DNA from: Octopus vulgaris
Lineage: Eukaryota
Assembly (NCBI GenBank): GCA_951406725.2
Contig: OX597823.1
Span: 99,138,001-99,202,000 of the forward strand
Reading direction: 5' to 3'
Length of the DNA stretch: 64,000 nucleotides
The first letter of the stretch is position 1; every line of letters begins with the position of its first letter. A model generated the notes under the pieces. That model saw only the letters and a list, made by a program, of their open reading frames with translations. It had not been told where the DNA came from and searched no databases. Below are positions 24,081-36,095 of the stretch, in pieces. A program made the position numbers and the translations under genes.

Positions 24081-26326
24081 AAACAACTACATGGACCACT
24101 GAAACCATGTCCCACCACATCCTACCCACAACCAAAATTCACAGCTCTGAGTCTCCAAATTACTTTTAACCAAGTTGTATCAGTTCAAGCAAAGAACACA
24201 GTCTTGGAGAAAATCAACAACTCCTACATACTGAACTGCTTTTATCCAGCATCCTCAACTCCAGAATGACCATCATCTCAAATGCGAAGGATAATTCTGT
24301 GCATTACACAGCCCACAAATTCTTCCACCTTCTTAACTGCATCCAAGCATTCTTTACTAACTTTGTAGAATCTTCCTTCTCTTGCTTTCTCAATGATGCT
24401 AGCTCTACAAGTGGTACTCTCATGGAGTAAGCCTCCACATTTGTTGCTTGTTTTGCATCCAATTTCATACTGCACATATTAGGTAAATATCTCTTTCCAC
24501 TCCACCAGGGTCATTATGAAAGTTCCTCCAGTTGTTTCCAAAAAGACCATCAGTCTTAACAATATTCCTTTCATTTCTCTCAAAGTACAGCAGAGCTAGC
24601 CCCCCCCACTCTCTCTCTCCCTCCCGCTCTCTCCCTCCTTCTCCCTTCCTCCCTCTCTCTCTCTCTCTTTCTTAGCCTCTTTCTTTCTCTCTCCCTAGGA
24701 ATATACCCTAATCTTTGAGAATAAGCTACAATGTATACCTATTTCTTTACTACCCACAAGGGGCTAAACACAGAGGGGACAAGCAAGGACAGACAAACGG
24801 ATTAAGTCGATTACATCCACCCCAGTGTGTAACTGGTACTTAATTTATCGTCCCTGAAAGGATGAAAGGCAAAGTCGACCTTGGCGGAATTTGAATAAGC
24901 TACAATGTATACCATTTCTAAGAAGAGCCTTGAACCTTGCCAACTATCATCTGCCACCAGCTTTTTCTCTACAGTCATCAACCTATGGAAGCTGGACATC
25001 AACTGCATCATCTTCACCAGTTAATTACATCATCCTGACTAAATAAAAACATTTAAAAGAGGCAGCAGCCTATAAGTAGATAGAATTTAGAAAAAATACA
25101 GGGTACGTTTTAATTCTGTAACTAATATTGTAAACACTTACAAACTTAAACTTGCTAATATCACATAAAAGGAGACTAAACTCTATTGAATATCAGATAT
25201 TTTTCATTTGTCAAAGCTAGGCTCTTAAAATATGTTGACAACTTGAGACACTCTACTTCTTTTATGATGAATAGCATGTCCAAGAATTTGAAATACAAAC
25301 AGAATGTATTTACTGCTGAAAAATGATTAGAAGAAAATACGATTTACAAAAAACATTAATGAAATCTATATTGTTATATTTGGAGATGGTTGGGGTTTTT
25401 TTTTTTCTGGTGGGGTTGTTTTGTTTTTTTGCAAAACAAATACATATACGTAATTAAATAAATCATTATACAAAGTTGGGTCATTTTTTTCCGTAGGTAT
25501 GGGAGAATATTCCAGGTACAAGATGGATAAATGAAACTTTATATTTTGGGGTAGTTGGATGTCTTTAGCAGAATCTGTTCTATTGCAAGCATTTGGGCCA
25601 GGTCTCATCTTGAGAATACCTTCCTCTCTCTCTCTCTCTCCTACCAGTCTTAGCGGCTCTGTAAAGGTTCATGGCTACTGCCTTCTCTTCTAACTAAAAG
25701 GTAAAGGGAAACACTTTAATATAAAAAAATAATAATAACTATATATATATATATATATATAATAAATTAATAAATAAAACATATGCATATATACATACAT
25801 ATATGTACATACCTACCTCTACATGTATATATACATGCATATATGGGTACAGGACACCAAATAAATGTCGAACACAATGAGAAACGAAAACATAAACACA
25901 AAACCAAGGAACTGGACATTTTTCTTAAACAACGAAAAAATAGAGTACAGGCCCCTTCTTCAGTCGCCATGGTTTCATCTACTCTGAGTTTCAAAGGTGA
26001 AGGCGATGTGTATCTTCGATAGAAACTTTCCTTCCCGCGAAAAGCAAATTAAATAAAATTTGAGATCTTTTTGCAGAGAAAAAAAAAACACATTGTATCA
26101 ATTCAAAATGAAAAATTAAATTATACCATCTAGAAAATTACATATAATAGAAGTATAAAATATAAAATAACAATAATATACCGATGATTAAGTAATGTGC
26201 AAAATAATAGATAAAACATATATATTTGGTAGAATATATTTATATATATACATTTATTAATAAGTATTTTAATATAAAGTTGCAATTGTGCAGGACTATG
26301 TGTGATTCTGTTTACATTTTTAACAG

Positions 26327-26457
26327 TGTTCAAGATAGTTTAGCTGAGAAAATGGGAAAAGACCTCGAAGAAGATATGAAAAATCAGAAAAAGAAACACA
26401 AAGAAGAAATGGAGAAACTCATGTCAAAACTTGAACACATTGAAAATGTATCTCAAG
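26327..26457 (+). CDS. CCDC89: CCDC89-like exon 3
   Basis: CAG acceptor, GTATTT donor; VQDSLAEKMGKDLEEDMKNQKKKHKEEMEKLMSKLEHIENVSQ; phase 2 to 1. Confidence 0.8.
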
Positions 26458-27071
26458 GTATTTTAACTGAATTTAAAATGTCCAAGGCATCAGGGGCAAA
26501 ATTTGCTTGTGGGAGGCCCAGCCCAACTTCACATACAGGGCCTGAAATGGTTTTGAGAAAAAATGCATCATACAAACCATCAAATAATAAATTACAGTAA
26601 ATATTGGCATCAGGCAAACAGAATGCCAGATAATATTCATTCTGTCTCTCAGTGTTCTGAGTTTAAATCTTGCCTAGGTCAACTTTGCCATCCACCTTTT
26701 CAAGGTGGATGAAAATGATTCAGTCTAAGGCAGTGGATTGGGGAGCAGGAACTACAAGAACATCAAATTGGATGCCTAGCAGTATTTGTTCCAGGTCTTT
26801 TCTTTCTGAATTCAAATTCTGCCATGGCCTGCTTGGCTAGTAAATTTAACCCAACGTAACTCTACTGCTTGACTCCTTGGATATCTTTAGAAGAATTTAC
26901 TTTGTTGCAAGCATTAGGACTGGATTTCCAGTTTAAGAATAACTCCTCTCTCCCTCCAACCAGTCACAGAGGCTTTGTCTCGTGTCATGGGCACTGTTTT
27001 TCCCTTCAAAGTAAAAGACAAAATGTATGTATATATATATATACATACATACATGCATATACATATATATA

Positions 27072-27370
27072 TCATCATCATCATTTAATGTCCGCTTTCC
27101 ATGCTAGCATGGGTTGGACAATTTTGACTGAGGACTGGCGAACCAGATGGCTGCACCAGGCTCCAATCTTGATTTGGCAGAGTTTCTACAGCTGGATGCC
27201 CTTCCTAACGCCAACCACTCTGAGAGTGTTGCGGGTGCTTTTTACGTGCCACCGGCACGGGGGCCAGTCAGGCAGTACTGGCAATGTCCTTGCTCGAATC
27301 TTTTTACATATGCCACCAGCACAGGTGCCAGTAAGGTGACGCTGGTAACAATCATGCTCGAATGGTGCCC
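27072..27370 (-). mobile_element. RTE LINE 3' tail fragment
   Basis: (CAT)n tail and 3' UTR, near-identical in reverse to 29470-29770. Confidence 0.75.
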
Positions 27371-27559
27371 TTATATATATATATATATATATACAAATTG
27401 AGATAGGGGTTGTAAATGCAACCCTCCACGGGATTGATTTGTTCTGCTTTTTTATGTTTAACCCTACAGTCTCTTATGTGGTGGTTTAATAAAGTATGTG
27501 ATTGAGTATTATCTGGTAATTGATATTTGATTTAGATGAATTTCTCCATTTTCTTATCT

Positions 27560-27612
<53 letters not shown>

Positions 27613-28038
27613 TGTTTTGAGCAGATCAAATAACAGTTTAACTGCTTAGCATTCAGATTATTCTGTTAAATGTAATTGTTATTTATTTACATTATCTTGA
27701 ATTAATCCTGTTTTATCACAAAGCTTTGAAATTTCAATGGTGGGATTGTTTATTTTTAGAATGACATTGTAGAGTAAGTAGAAGTGGTGGGATCTAGCTG
27801 GTTTGAACATAAACCAGTTTAAATGCTGTTCTTGTTCTGCATTCAAATGTTGCTTGGCATAAAACTAGCATTTGAGTTTCCTAGTAGCACTCAAAAAAAA
27901 AAAAAAAAAAAGTGATGATGATATAATGGTACCAATAATAGATGTTATGATGACCATGGTCATGGTGGTAGTCATAGAGTTGAGAGTGATCGTAGTTATA
28001 GTATTAATAAAAAAAATTACTTTTGTGATTTTCTCTAG

Positions 28039-28172
28039 AAGCTGAAAGAACTTTGAAACTGAAACCAAAATGCTGTCCAAAGCTGTTTCTATTAAACAAA
28101 GAAATAGAAAAATTGCAAAAGGAAAAAGAACAAGCAGATGATGAACTGGCATACAAGGAAAAGCTTTTGCAG
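28039..28172 (+). CDS. CCDC89: CCDC89-like exon 4
   Basis: TTCTCTAG acceptor, GTGAGA donor; open frame ..LLNKEIEKLQKEKEQADDELAYKEKLLQ; phase 1 to 0. Confidence 0.8.
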
Positions 28173-29099
28173 GTGAGAATGGAACATTAGATTTCTAAAC
28201 ATCCAAAATATTAAGAGACATTGGCTGTAGAGTACCTGAAGAATCGGTTTATTTAAAGCAAAATTTTATGACATGCAATGAAATGGAAGCATGGCTGTGT
28301 GGTTGAGAAGTTTGCCTCACAATCTCCTGGTTTCGTGTCTGATTCCACTATAAAGTCAGATAGTTGGAAGTAAAAGAGTCATACGAGTTCTCAGTTGGAA
28401 TCAATGTCAGGTACGGGTTATAGTCAAGTTTGAGTTACCATAAAGGTAGATATTTCAAAGTCATTGTCTTGTGGGAGCTATCAGCAATAGCACAATTGAC
28501 AAGTCAAAGATAATAAAACACAGAATACACAATCTCACCTCCATGGTTCTTCTGTATCCATGCTCTCTTTTTTTTTACATCTCCTGGATATGTAAGCAAG
28601 AGGGTGTCTTCTGGAGCTCCATCATCACTATATCTACCTCTCTTTAGGCTCCACTCTAGCCTCCCCCATCCATCCATGTAAAATACAGGTAGACATGAAT
28701 CTCATCCACACAGTACACCTGTCCCTGCTCTCCATAGTAAATATGGTGTCGTTCACCTGTCGCAGACTTGATGCTTCTTCACTAAAATGGCTTCTTTAGT
28801 CTCTTTTTGTCAAATCTATTGATATAGACTTTTGGTAAGTGAGTTCAAAGTTCAAGAAAATTAGCAACAGTCAAGAATTAGATAATACATCACCAACATG
28901 ATTGTATTGTTGAGCAAAACACTTACTTTCACTTTTCTCCACTCCACTCAGCTAGTGTCCTATTTGGGTGGTCGTGGGGGTGTAATCTCAGCTCCTTATG
29001 TACCATGGAAACTGGGTAAGCTCTAGCTTCAGGTGTCCTAGGGCTCATGGTAGACCCTGAGTAATGAGAATGATTAAATTGACGACAAATTTAGAAATC

Positions 29100-29770
29100 A
29101 AATTTGATGACTGGCATCCTTGCTAGCGGGGTGCAAAGAGCACCATACGAGTGTGATCGTTTGACAGAGCGGCTAACCAGCTTCCGTGCCAGTGGCACAT
29201 AAAAGGGGTACCATTTGAGTGTGATCGTTACCAGCATCACCGTACTGGCACTTGTGCCTGTGCTAGTAGGGTGCCAAGAGCACCATCCGAGCGTGATCGT
29301 TGCCAGAGCAGCCAACCGGCTTCCATGCTGGTGGCACGTAAAAGGGCACCATTCAAGCATGATTGTTACCAACGTTGCCTTACTGGCACCTGTGCCAGTG
29401 GCATGTGTAAAAAGATTCGAGCGGGGTTATTGCCAGTACCGCGTGACTGGCCCCCATGCCGTGACACGTAAAAGGGCACCATTCAAGCGTGATTGTTACC
29501 AGCGTCACCTTACTGGCACCTGTGCTGGTGACATATGTAAAAAGATTTGAGCGAGGTCGTTGCCAGTACTGCCTGACTGGCCCCCTTGCCGGTGGCACGT
29601 AAAAAGCACTCACTACACTCTCAGAGTGGTTGGCGTCAGGAAGGGCATCCAGCTGTAGAAACTCTGCCAAATCAAGATTGGAGCCTGGTGCAGCCATCTG
29701 GTTCGCCAGCCCTCAGTCAAAATTGTCCAACCCATGCTAGCATGGAAAGCAGACGTTAAATGATGATGAT
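29100..29770 (+). mobile_element. RTE LINE 3' UTR with internal tandem repeats
   Basis: repeated GGCACGTAAAAG(G)GCACC units, ending GCTAGCATGGAAAGCAGACGTTAAA(TGA)n. Confidence 0.75.
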
Positions 29771-30640
29771 ATTCTTTATTATGGATCTCCACCCTTTCCT
29801 GTCCTGCATGCAACTCAGCATGTCAGTGAGTCGGTCATTCTGTAATCAGTAGGTCATTGTATCTCTGTCTCCTCCTTCTTTTCAGTTTCTCGTTAGTCGC
29901 CAGTTTGAGAGTTCAAAATTTTGAGAGAGTATGGAAATACCATCACTAATCTCAGGTACATTTTAAATTAGTGTGGTAATATCTATCATGGATTCTAGTT
30001 ATAGCTTTAATAGTAGATGCTGGAATGTTTGAGACATACAGAACTTGGAGGAGGAGGACTGGTATCTTGAATGCGTCGCACTAGCTCACTGATGTGTGAA
30101 CACTCCCTGAGGTCAAATGAATTAGTTCATTTGCCTAAAAGTTAAATAGGCCTTGTGCATCAGGACTAGGCTTGGATGAACATAAGACTAGAAAAATAAA
30201 CTATAAATAAACCTTCAGAAAGTAAGAGAATGCCTGCTGTGTCTTTCTCAAGAAAATCATGAACTTTCAGGTTTTATCTATAGCTGTGGCTTTGTGATTA
30301 GGTAGTTTGCTTTGCAACTAGATGGTCTGGGGTTCAGTTTCAGTACATAGCATCTTGAGCAATTGTCTTGCAGCATAACTTAAGGTCAGCCAATGCATTG
30401 TGAGTGAAGTTTGGTAGATGGAAATTGTATGGAAGCCTATCATGTGTGTCTATGACTCTGTTTGTTTGTTTATGTCCAATGTGGTTTGACAAACTTGAAA
30501 ATAAATACTGGGGCCCATATGATTGTCTAAAACCTTTAGAGGTGGTGCCCAAGTGTGGCTGTAGTCCAATGACTGAAACCAGTAAAATGATAAAAGAATA
30601 AATAATTATAAATAAAAATGTGTTCCCTTTTTTTTTCTAG

Positions 30641-30723
30641 TTTGAGCAAAATGAAAATGCAAAATTAATTGAAAATATCAGCACCTTAAAGAAAACAATT
30701 ATCCAAGAGGAAACCCAGTTTAA
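30641..30723 (+). CDS. CCDC89: CCDC89-like exon 5
   Basis: poly-T CTAG acceptor, GTAAGT donor; FEQNENAKLIENISTLKKTIIQEETQF; phase 0 to 2. Confidence 0.8.
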
Positions 30724-31479
30724 GTAAGTTTTCTTTTGCACTCATTGTTTGAAATAAGAGTTTCGATTTTTGGCACAAGGTCAGCAGTTTTTGAGGGGAG
30801 GATTATATTGACCTTTCTATGTGACTGGTACTTATTTTATCAACCCTGAAAGGATGACAAAATTGATCTTGGCAGAATTTCGACTCAGAATGTAATGACA
30901 TGAAATACTGCCAAGTATTTTGTCCAGCATGCTGACAGTTCAGCAGTTCACCACCTTATTCAATGTATGAAACAATAAACTTCTATGTGTGATAAACTAC
31001 CTATATAAACAACACCATCATCATCATTGTTTTAGCACCCACTTTTCCAAGCTTGCATGGGTCAGACAAAACTCTGTTGAGGCAGATCCTTTCTATGTCA
31101 GGATGGTCTTCTTGTTGCCAACCCTCACTTCTTTCCAAGCAAGGTAATATTTACACTAATCCTTCAAACACTGCCAGCACACAATGACCAGACATGTTTC
31201 TATGATAGATTACAAATAAATGGCAGTAATATTTGTTTACAATAACATGCAAAGTCAAGAAAAGAAGATGCAAACACAGACACACTCTCTCTCATGTAGT
31301 GTTTTTCAGATGGCCAGATAACCGAAGAGATGGTGGTGTGAATTTCCACCTCGGTATCTGAAACTCAGAGTTTTATCTTGGCTATTGAATAATTGTCACA
31401 TATTATTTTACAGATAAATTTCCTCTATTTACTTAATATTGAGGTCTCTTTCTTTCTTTTGTTATCTTACCATTTTTAC

Positions 31480-31530
<51 letters not shown>

Positions 31531-31534
31531 TATA

Positions 31535-32798
31535 CAAGGGGCGTTCAATAAGTAATGCCCCTGACCCACTTCCCATAGCAGTAGAGCAACGACACTTGGC
31601 ACAGTTATTAGTCTTTTCCTACATAGGAACTACCCAGAGTTATGCATTTCTCCCATCGTTTGATACAGCTCTGGAGACCGTTTTTGTAGAAGACCCCAGC
31701 TTGGTCCTCCAACCACGACGTGACTTCAGAAATCAAGGCTGCATCATCTGGGAAATGCTTTCCTTTCAAAATCAACTTCATGGCTGGAAAGAGGTGAAAA
31801 TCAGAGGGTGCAAGGGGAGGAGTTCATAGCTGCATGCCTGTGCTTCTGATCTGGCGACACGCGAGTTGTGGACCGGAGCGTTGTCCTGCAGGAGGAGGAT
31901 GCCTTTGCTGATCTTGCCCTGCCTCTTGATAGCTTCTCTTAATTTCCTCAAAAGTGAAGCATAATAGGCTCCTGTAATTGTGGTACCCTTTGCCAGGAAA
32001 TCTGTCATCACTACTCCGTCCTGGTCCCAGAAGACTGTGAGCATAACCTTGTCAGTGGAGGGCTGCACCCTTGCCTTCTTTGGAGGAGGTGAGTCACGGT
32101 GCTTTCACTGCATTGACTGCGCTTTGGTCTATGGATCATAGTGATGGACCCAGGTTTTATCCTGTGTGATCAGTCTTTTGAAAAATTTTGACTCATCTTC
32201 TTGGCACATCTCCAAATTCATCCTCGAGCACTCAACGCGTTCTTGCTTCTGGAAAGGTGTGAGCAACCTGGAAATCCATCTGGCAGACACCTTTTGCATA
32301 TGCAAATGGTCATGAATGATAGTTTCCACAGACCCGGTACTAATCTTGACCTTATGGGCTATTTGGCGAATAGTTATGCGTTGACCTTCCAAAATGGCAG
32401 CCTCAACTTGACGGACAGACGTCTCATCAACGGCAGAAGGGGGCGACCAGATCTGGGAGCTGTTTCCACAGAGTTCCGACTATGTTTGAATTCACAATGC
32501 CAGCGTTTTACAACGTCATATGATGGAGCATCATCACCATAAGTTACTTTCATTTCATCAAAAGTCTCCCGTGGTGTGCGTCCTTTCAAATACAAAAACC
32601 AGATCACTGCTCGACACTCAACAGGCTCCATTTCACACTTGACTCAGTTCAAACACCTGTAAATCAGAAACTACAATTAGTTCAGAGCTGTAATTCGCCA
32701 CTTAATCTATAGATGTATAAATAAGTGCACATGCAAAATTTCAGCTAGATCAAACAACTGCAAGTGGGTCAGGGGCATTACTTATTGAACGCCCCTCG
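31535..32798 (-). mobile_element. full-length mariner (DD34D) with broken transposase
   Basis: TA flanks; 37-bp TIRs C(A/G)AGGGGCGTTCAATAAGTAATGCCCCTGACCCACTT; ORF pieces 32374..32631, 32129..32392 (ITQDKTWVHHYDP), 31778..32068 (LLQDNAPVH). Confidence 0.93.
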
Positions 32799-32808
32799 TA
32801 TATACATC

Positions 32809-32872
<64 letters not shown>

Positions 32873-32876
32873 TACA

Positions 32877-32967
<91 letters not shown>

Positions 32968-33022
32968 CATCATCATCATCGTTTAGCGTCCGTTTTCCAT
33001 GCTAGCATGGGTTGGACTATAT

Positions 33023-34548
33023 ATACAAAATAAGAAAATGGAGAAATACATCCAAATCAAATATCAATTACCAGATAATACCCAATCACATACTTTATTA
33101 AACCACCACATAAGAAACTTTAAGGTCAAACCTAATAATGTAGAACAAAACAATGTACATAAAGGAGTGCGCATAAAGGAGTAATGTTATACAATAAGTA
33201 CAATATATATAAGAGAATATAAATATAAGTAAATATAAATATAAATATAGACTACATCTTACAGCTGTTTCGGCCATGCAGATAAGTATGTCTCATTTTA
33301 CTTATATTAGCCATTTATGGTAGGTCAATATGTAGTTATAAATGAGACATTTACAAAAATATCCTAAGGCATCTTCGGAGATTATGTGATACAAATCAAA
33401 TTACATACACACTTATATAGGTGTGGGTACATACCCATAATAAAACATATACATATACATATGAGTGCATATCCTCATACTCCTATACATATACATAATG
33501 ATATAAATAATATAAATCAATAAACATACATATGTTCCACATTCAATGTTACAGTTTTTCGCCTTAATATTGTGATAATTACAATGTAGAAAAACATACA
33601 CATATTAATACCTAAATGCAGATATACAGAGTCAGGAGTACATTATATTAATTCTTATTCATTTCCAAAATGTAATTAATGTTAGCATCATTATCATTGT
33701 CATTACCACTAATGCTACCAATATCATCATTCATATTATTATTAATAATGCTAATACTAGAAAAACAATATATAGATTCCATTATTAGCAATATAGTCAC
33801 AATAGTACTACAATACCATGCAAAGTGTTAAATATCTGCATATACATATGAAATATGAAATAAAAGCATTCTGTTTACACGACATTAAGATCCACAGGTG
33901 CACAGATGTACGTCCAAGTTCAAATTTATAATTTCCATTGTGACACAAATACACTATTACTTTCAGAAATAGTTACGAATCTAGCGCTAAAATATGATTG
34001 GCTTCAAATCCACAAGCCAAAAATATCCGAAGAGGCCTTAGGATATTTTTGTAAATGTCTCATTTATAACTACATATTGACTTACCATACATGGCTAATA
34101 TATGTAAAATGAGACATACTTATCTGCATGGCCGAAACAGCTGTAAGATGTAGTCTATATTTATATTTACTTATATTTATATTCTCTTATATATATTGTA
34201 CTTATTGTATAACATTACTCCTTTATGCACACTCCTTTATGTACATTGTTTTGTTCTACATTATATTGTTTGACCTTAAAGTTTCTTATGCGGTGGTTTA
34301 ATAAAGTATGTGATTGGGTATTATCTGGTAATTGATATTTGATTTGGATGTATTTCTCCATTTTCTTATTTTGTATTATGAATTTGTGGTAAAACATTTT
34401 ACCTTTGCCCATATAATACAGTAAGTGAATTAACTGCATCGCAATTCTTAACATTTATGTATTCACTTTGTTGGGTACTTCACTAGCAGTATATTGGATA
34501 TTTGTTATCCCATGGAGGGTTGCATTTACAACCCCTATCTCAATTTGT
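33023..34548. mobile_element. Penelope-like non-coding element with ~350-bp inverted arms carrying hammerhead-like motifs
   Basis: 33023-33378 is the reverse complement of 34026-34376; (TA)n flanks; related pieces at 27394-27563 and 38335-38608. Confidence 0.7.
34023..34149 (+). ncRNA. type I hammerhead-like motif with long stem II (inverted copy 33256-33382)
   Basis: CCGAAGA-GGCC-(~90 nt containing GTCTCATTT/AAATGAGAC hairpin)-GGCC-GAAA-CAGCTG-TA-AGAT; stem I ATCT/AGAT intact in the minus copy; core is a U4C variant. Confidence 0.5.
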
Positions 34549-34584
34549 ATACATATATATATATATATATATATACACATCTAC

Positions 34585-34619
<35 letters not shown>

Positions 34620-35804
34620 TATATTTGTTGTAATCTCTAGAGCAAGGATGTCTTAATCTGAAGAGCAATTTTATCTAAAGCGGTTGGTCTTAGCGTTGCT
34701 AGAATGTTCTATACTTCGGTCGTAAAATACCACTCATAACTTAGTAGTGCTATTCTATCAATCGAAGTCAACATTGTTTTTTTATCAATGGCACTCAAGA
34801 ATGTCCGATTTACACCAATGCATAAAAAAAAACTTCACAGATCGATAAAATATGAATAATCGTCTGGAACTTCAAAACGAAAAGATGTTACCGATTAAAA
34901 TACGATTCGTGGAAGAAAGAAAAGCGAGTTTGAAAAATACTAGTCTCCACTGTGACTCCATTGGCCGACATGTTAGTTTTCTATTCAACAAAGAACGACA
35001 AGGAATCTCCAGAGAGTTCCAAGCACACCAACACCCAACCAAGTTTTGATTCCCATTTCATTTCACTGACATTCTGAGAACCAACATGGTCACTCAACTT
35101 GCTAGAAATAGCTGTCTCATTCGTTCAAGTCATACCCTACCATGTTTGCAAAGAAGTTCCATAAAGATGTCCTGCATTCCTGAGATACAAGTAAAAAAAA
35201 AAAAACTGCATGGTCATGGCCGGAATACCTTTGATCTTAGGTCTGCTCAATTAGGGCTGATCTGGGGCGAAATGACAATAACAGCTGAAACTGCAAATGG
35301 GAAGGCATGAAAGATACAGTGCCTCACTTTAGATTCCCTTAAAAAATAATAGGGAATAGGAAATGCTAAGGAAAACAGAACAGAAGGTCTTTAGAGAAGC
35401 TCTCCTTACACTCTAAGGGGCCAGGGCCACATCCAGCTCATGATCTCCTGGATACCCTTCTGTGCTGTTGTCTGCATTGCAGCTTTCCTGGATGGTTAAG
35501 GTACCCCAAGGCCCAGGCACCTCATTTAAGGTGATTGGCTAACAAAAATGTTATTTCTTGTAGCCGGTTATAAAGGAGGAGAAAGCAAAATGCTGATTTC
35601 CACGGAGGTCTGAAGAACCACTACATTTCAGTTCCCTGTTCAAATACCAATGTTTATCCTCACAGACAAGGCCCGAAATTTTGTGGGGAGGCGGCCAGAC
35701 GATTAGATTGACTCCGAAAGGATGAAAAGCAAAGTCAGCCTCGGCGGAATTTGAACTCAGAACATAAGACAGACGAAATACCGCTTGACATTTTTATGTT
35801 TATC

Positions 35805-36095
35805 TGAGCGTGATCATTACCAATGTCGCTTCACTGGCACCTGTGCCGGTGGCATGTGTAAAAGATTCGAGCAAGGTCGTTGCCAGTACTGCCTGACTGG
35901 CTCTCATGCCGGTGGCACATAAAAAGCACCCACTACACTCTCGGAGTGGTTGGCGTTAGGAAAGGCATCCAGCTGTAGAAACTCTGGCAGATCAAATTTG
36001 GAGCCTGGTGCAGCCATCTGGTTCGCCAGTCCTCAGTCAAACCGTCCAACTCATGCTAGCATGGAAAACGGACGTTAAATGATGATGATGATGAT
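35805..36095 (+). mobile_element. RTE LINE 3' tail fragment
   Basis: same 3' UTR as 29100-29770, ending GGACGTTAAA(TGA)n. Confidence 0.75.

Noticed and set aside
29100-29620. CRISPR-like repeat array
   Set aside because: Units are degenerate, spacers resemble each other, no cas genes, eukaryotic context; it is the RTE 3' UTR
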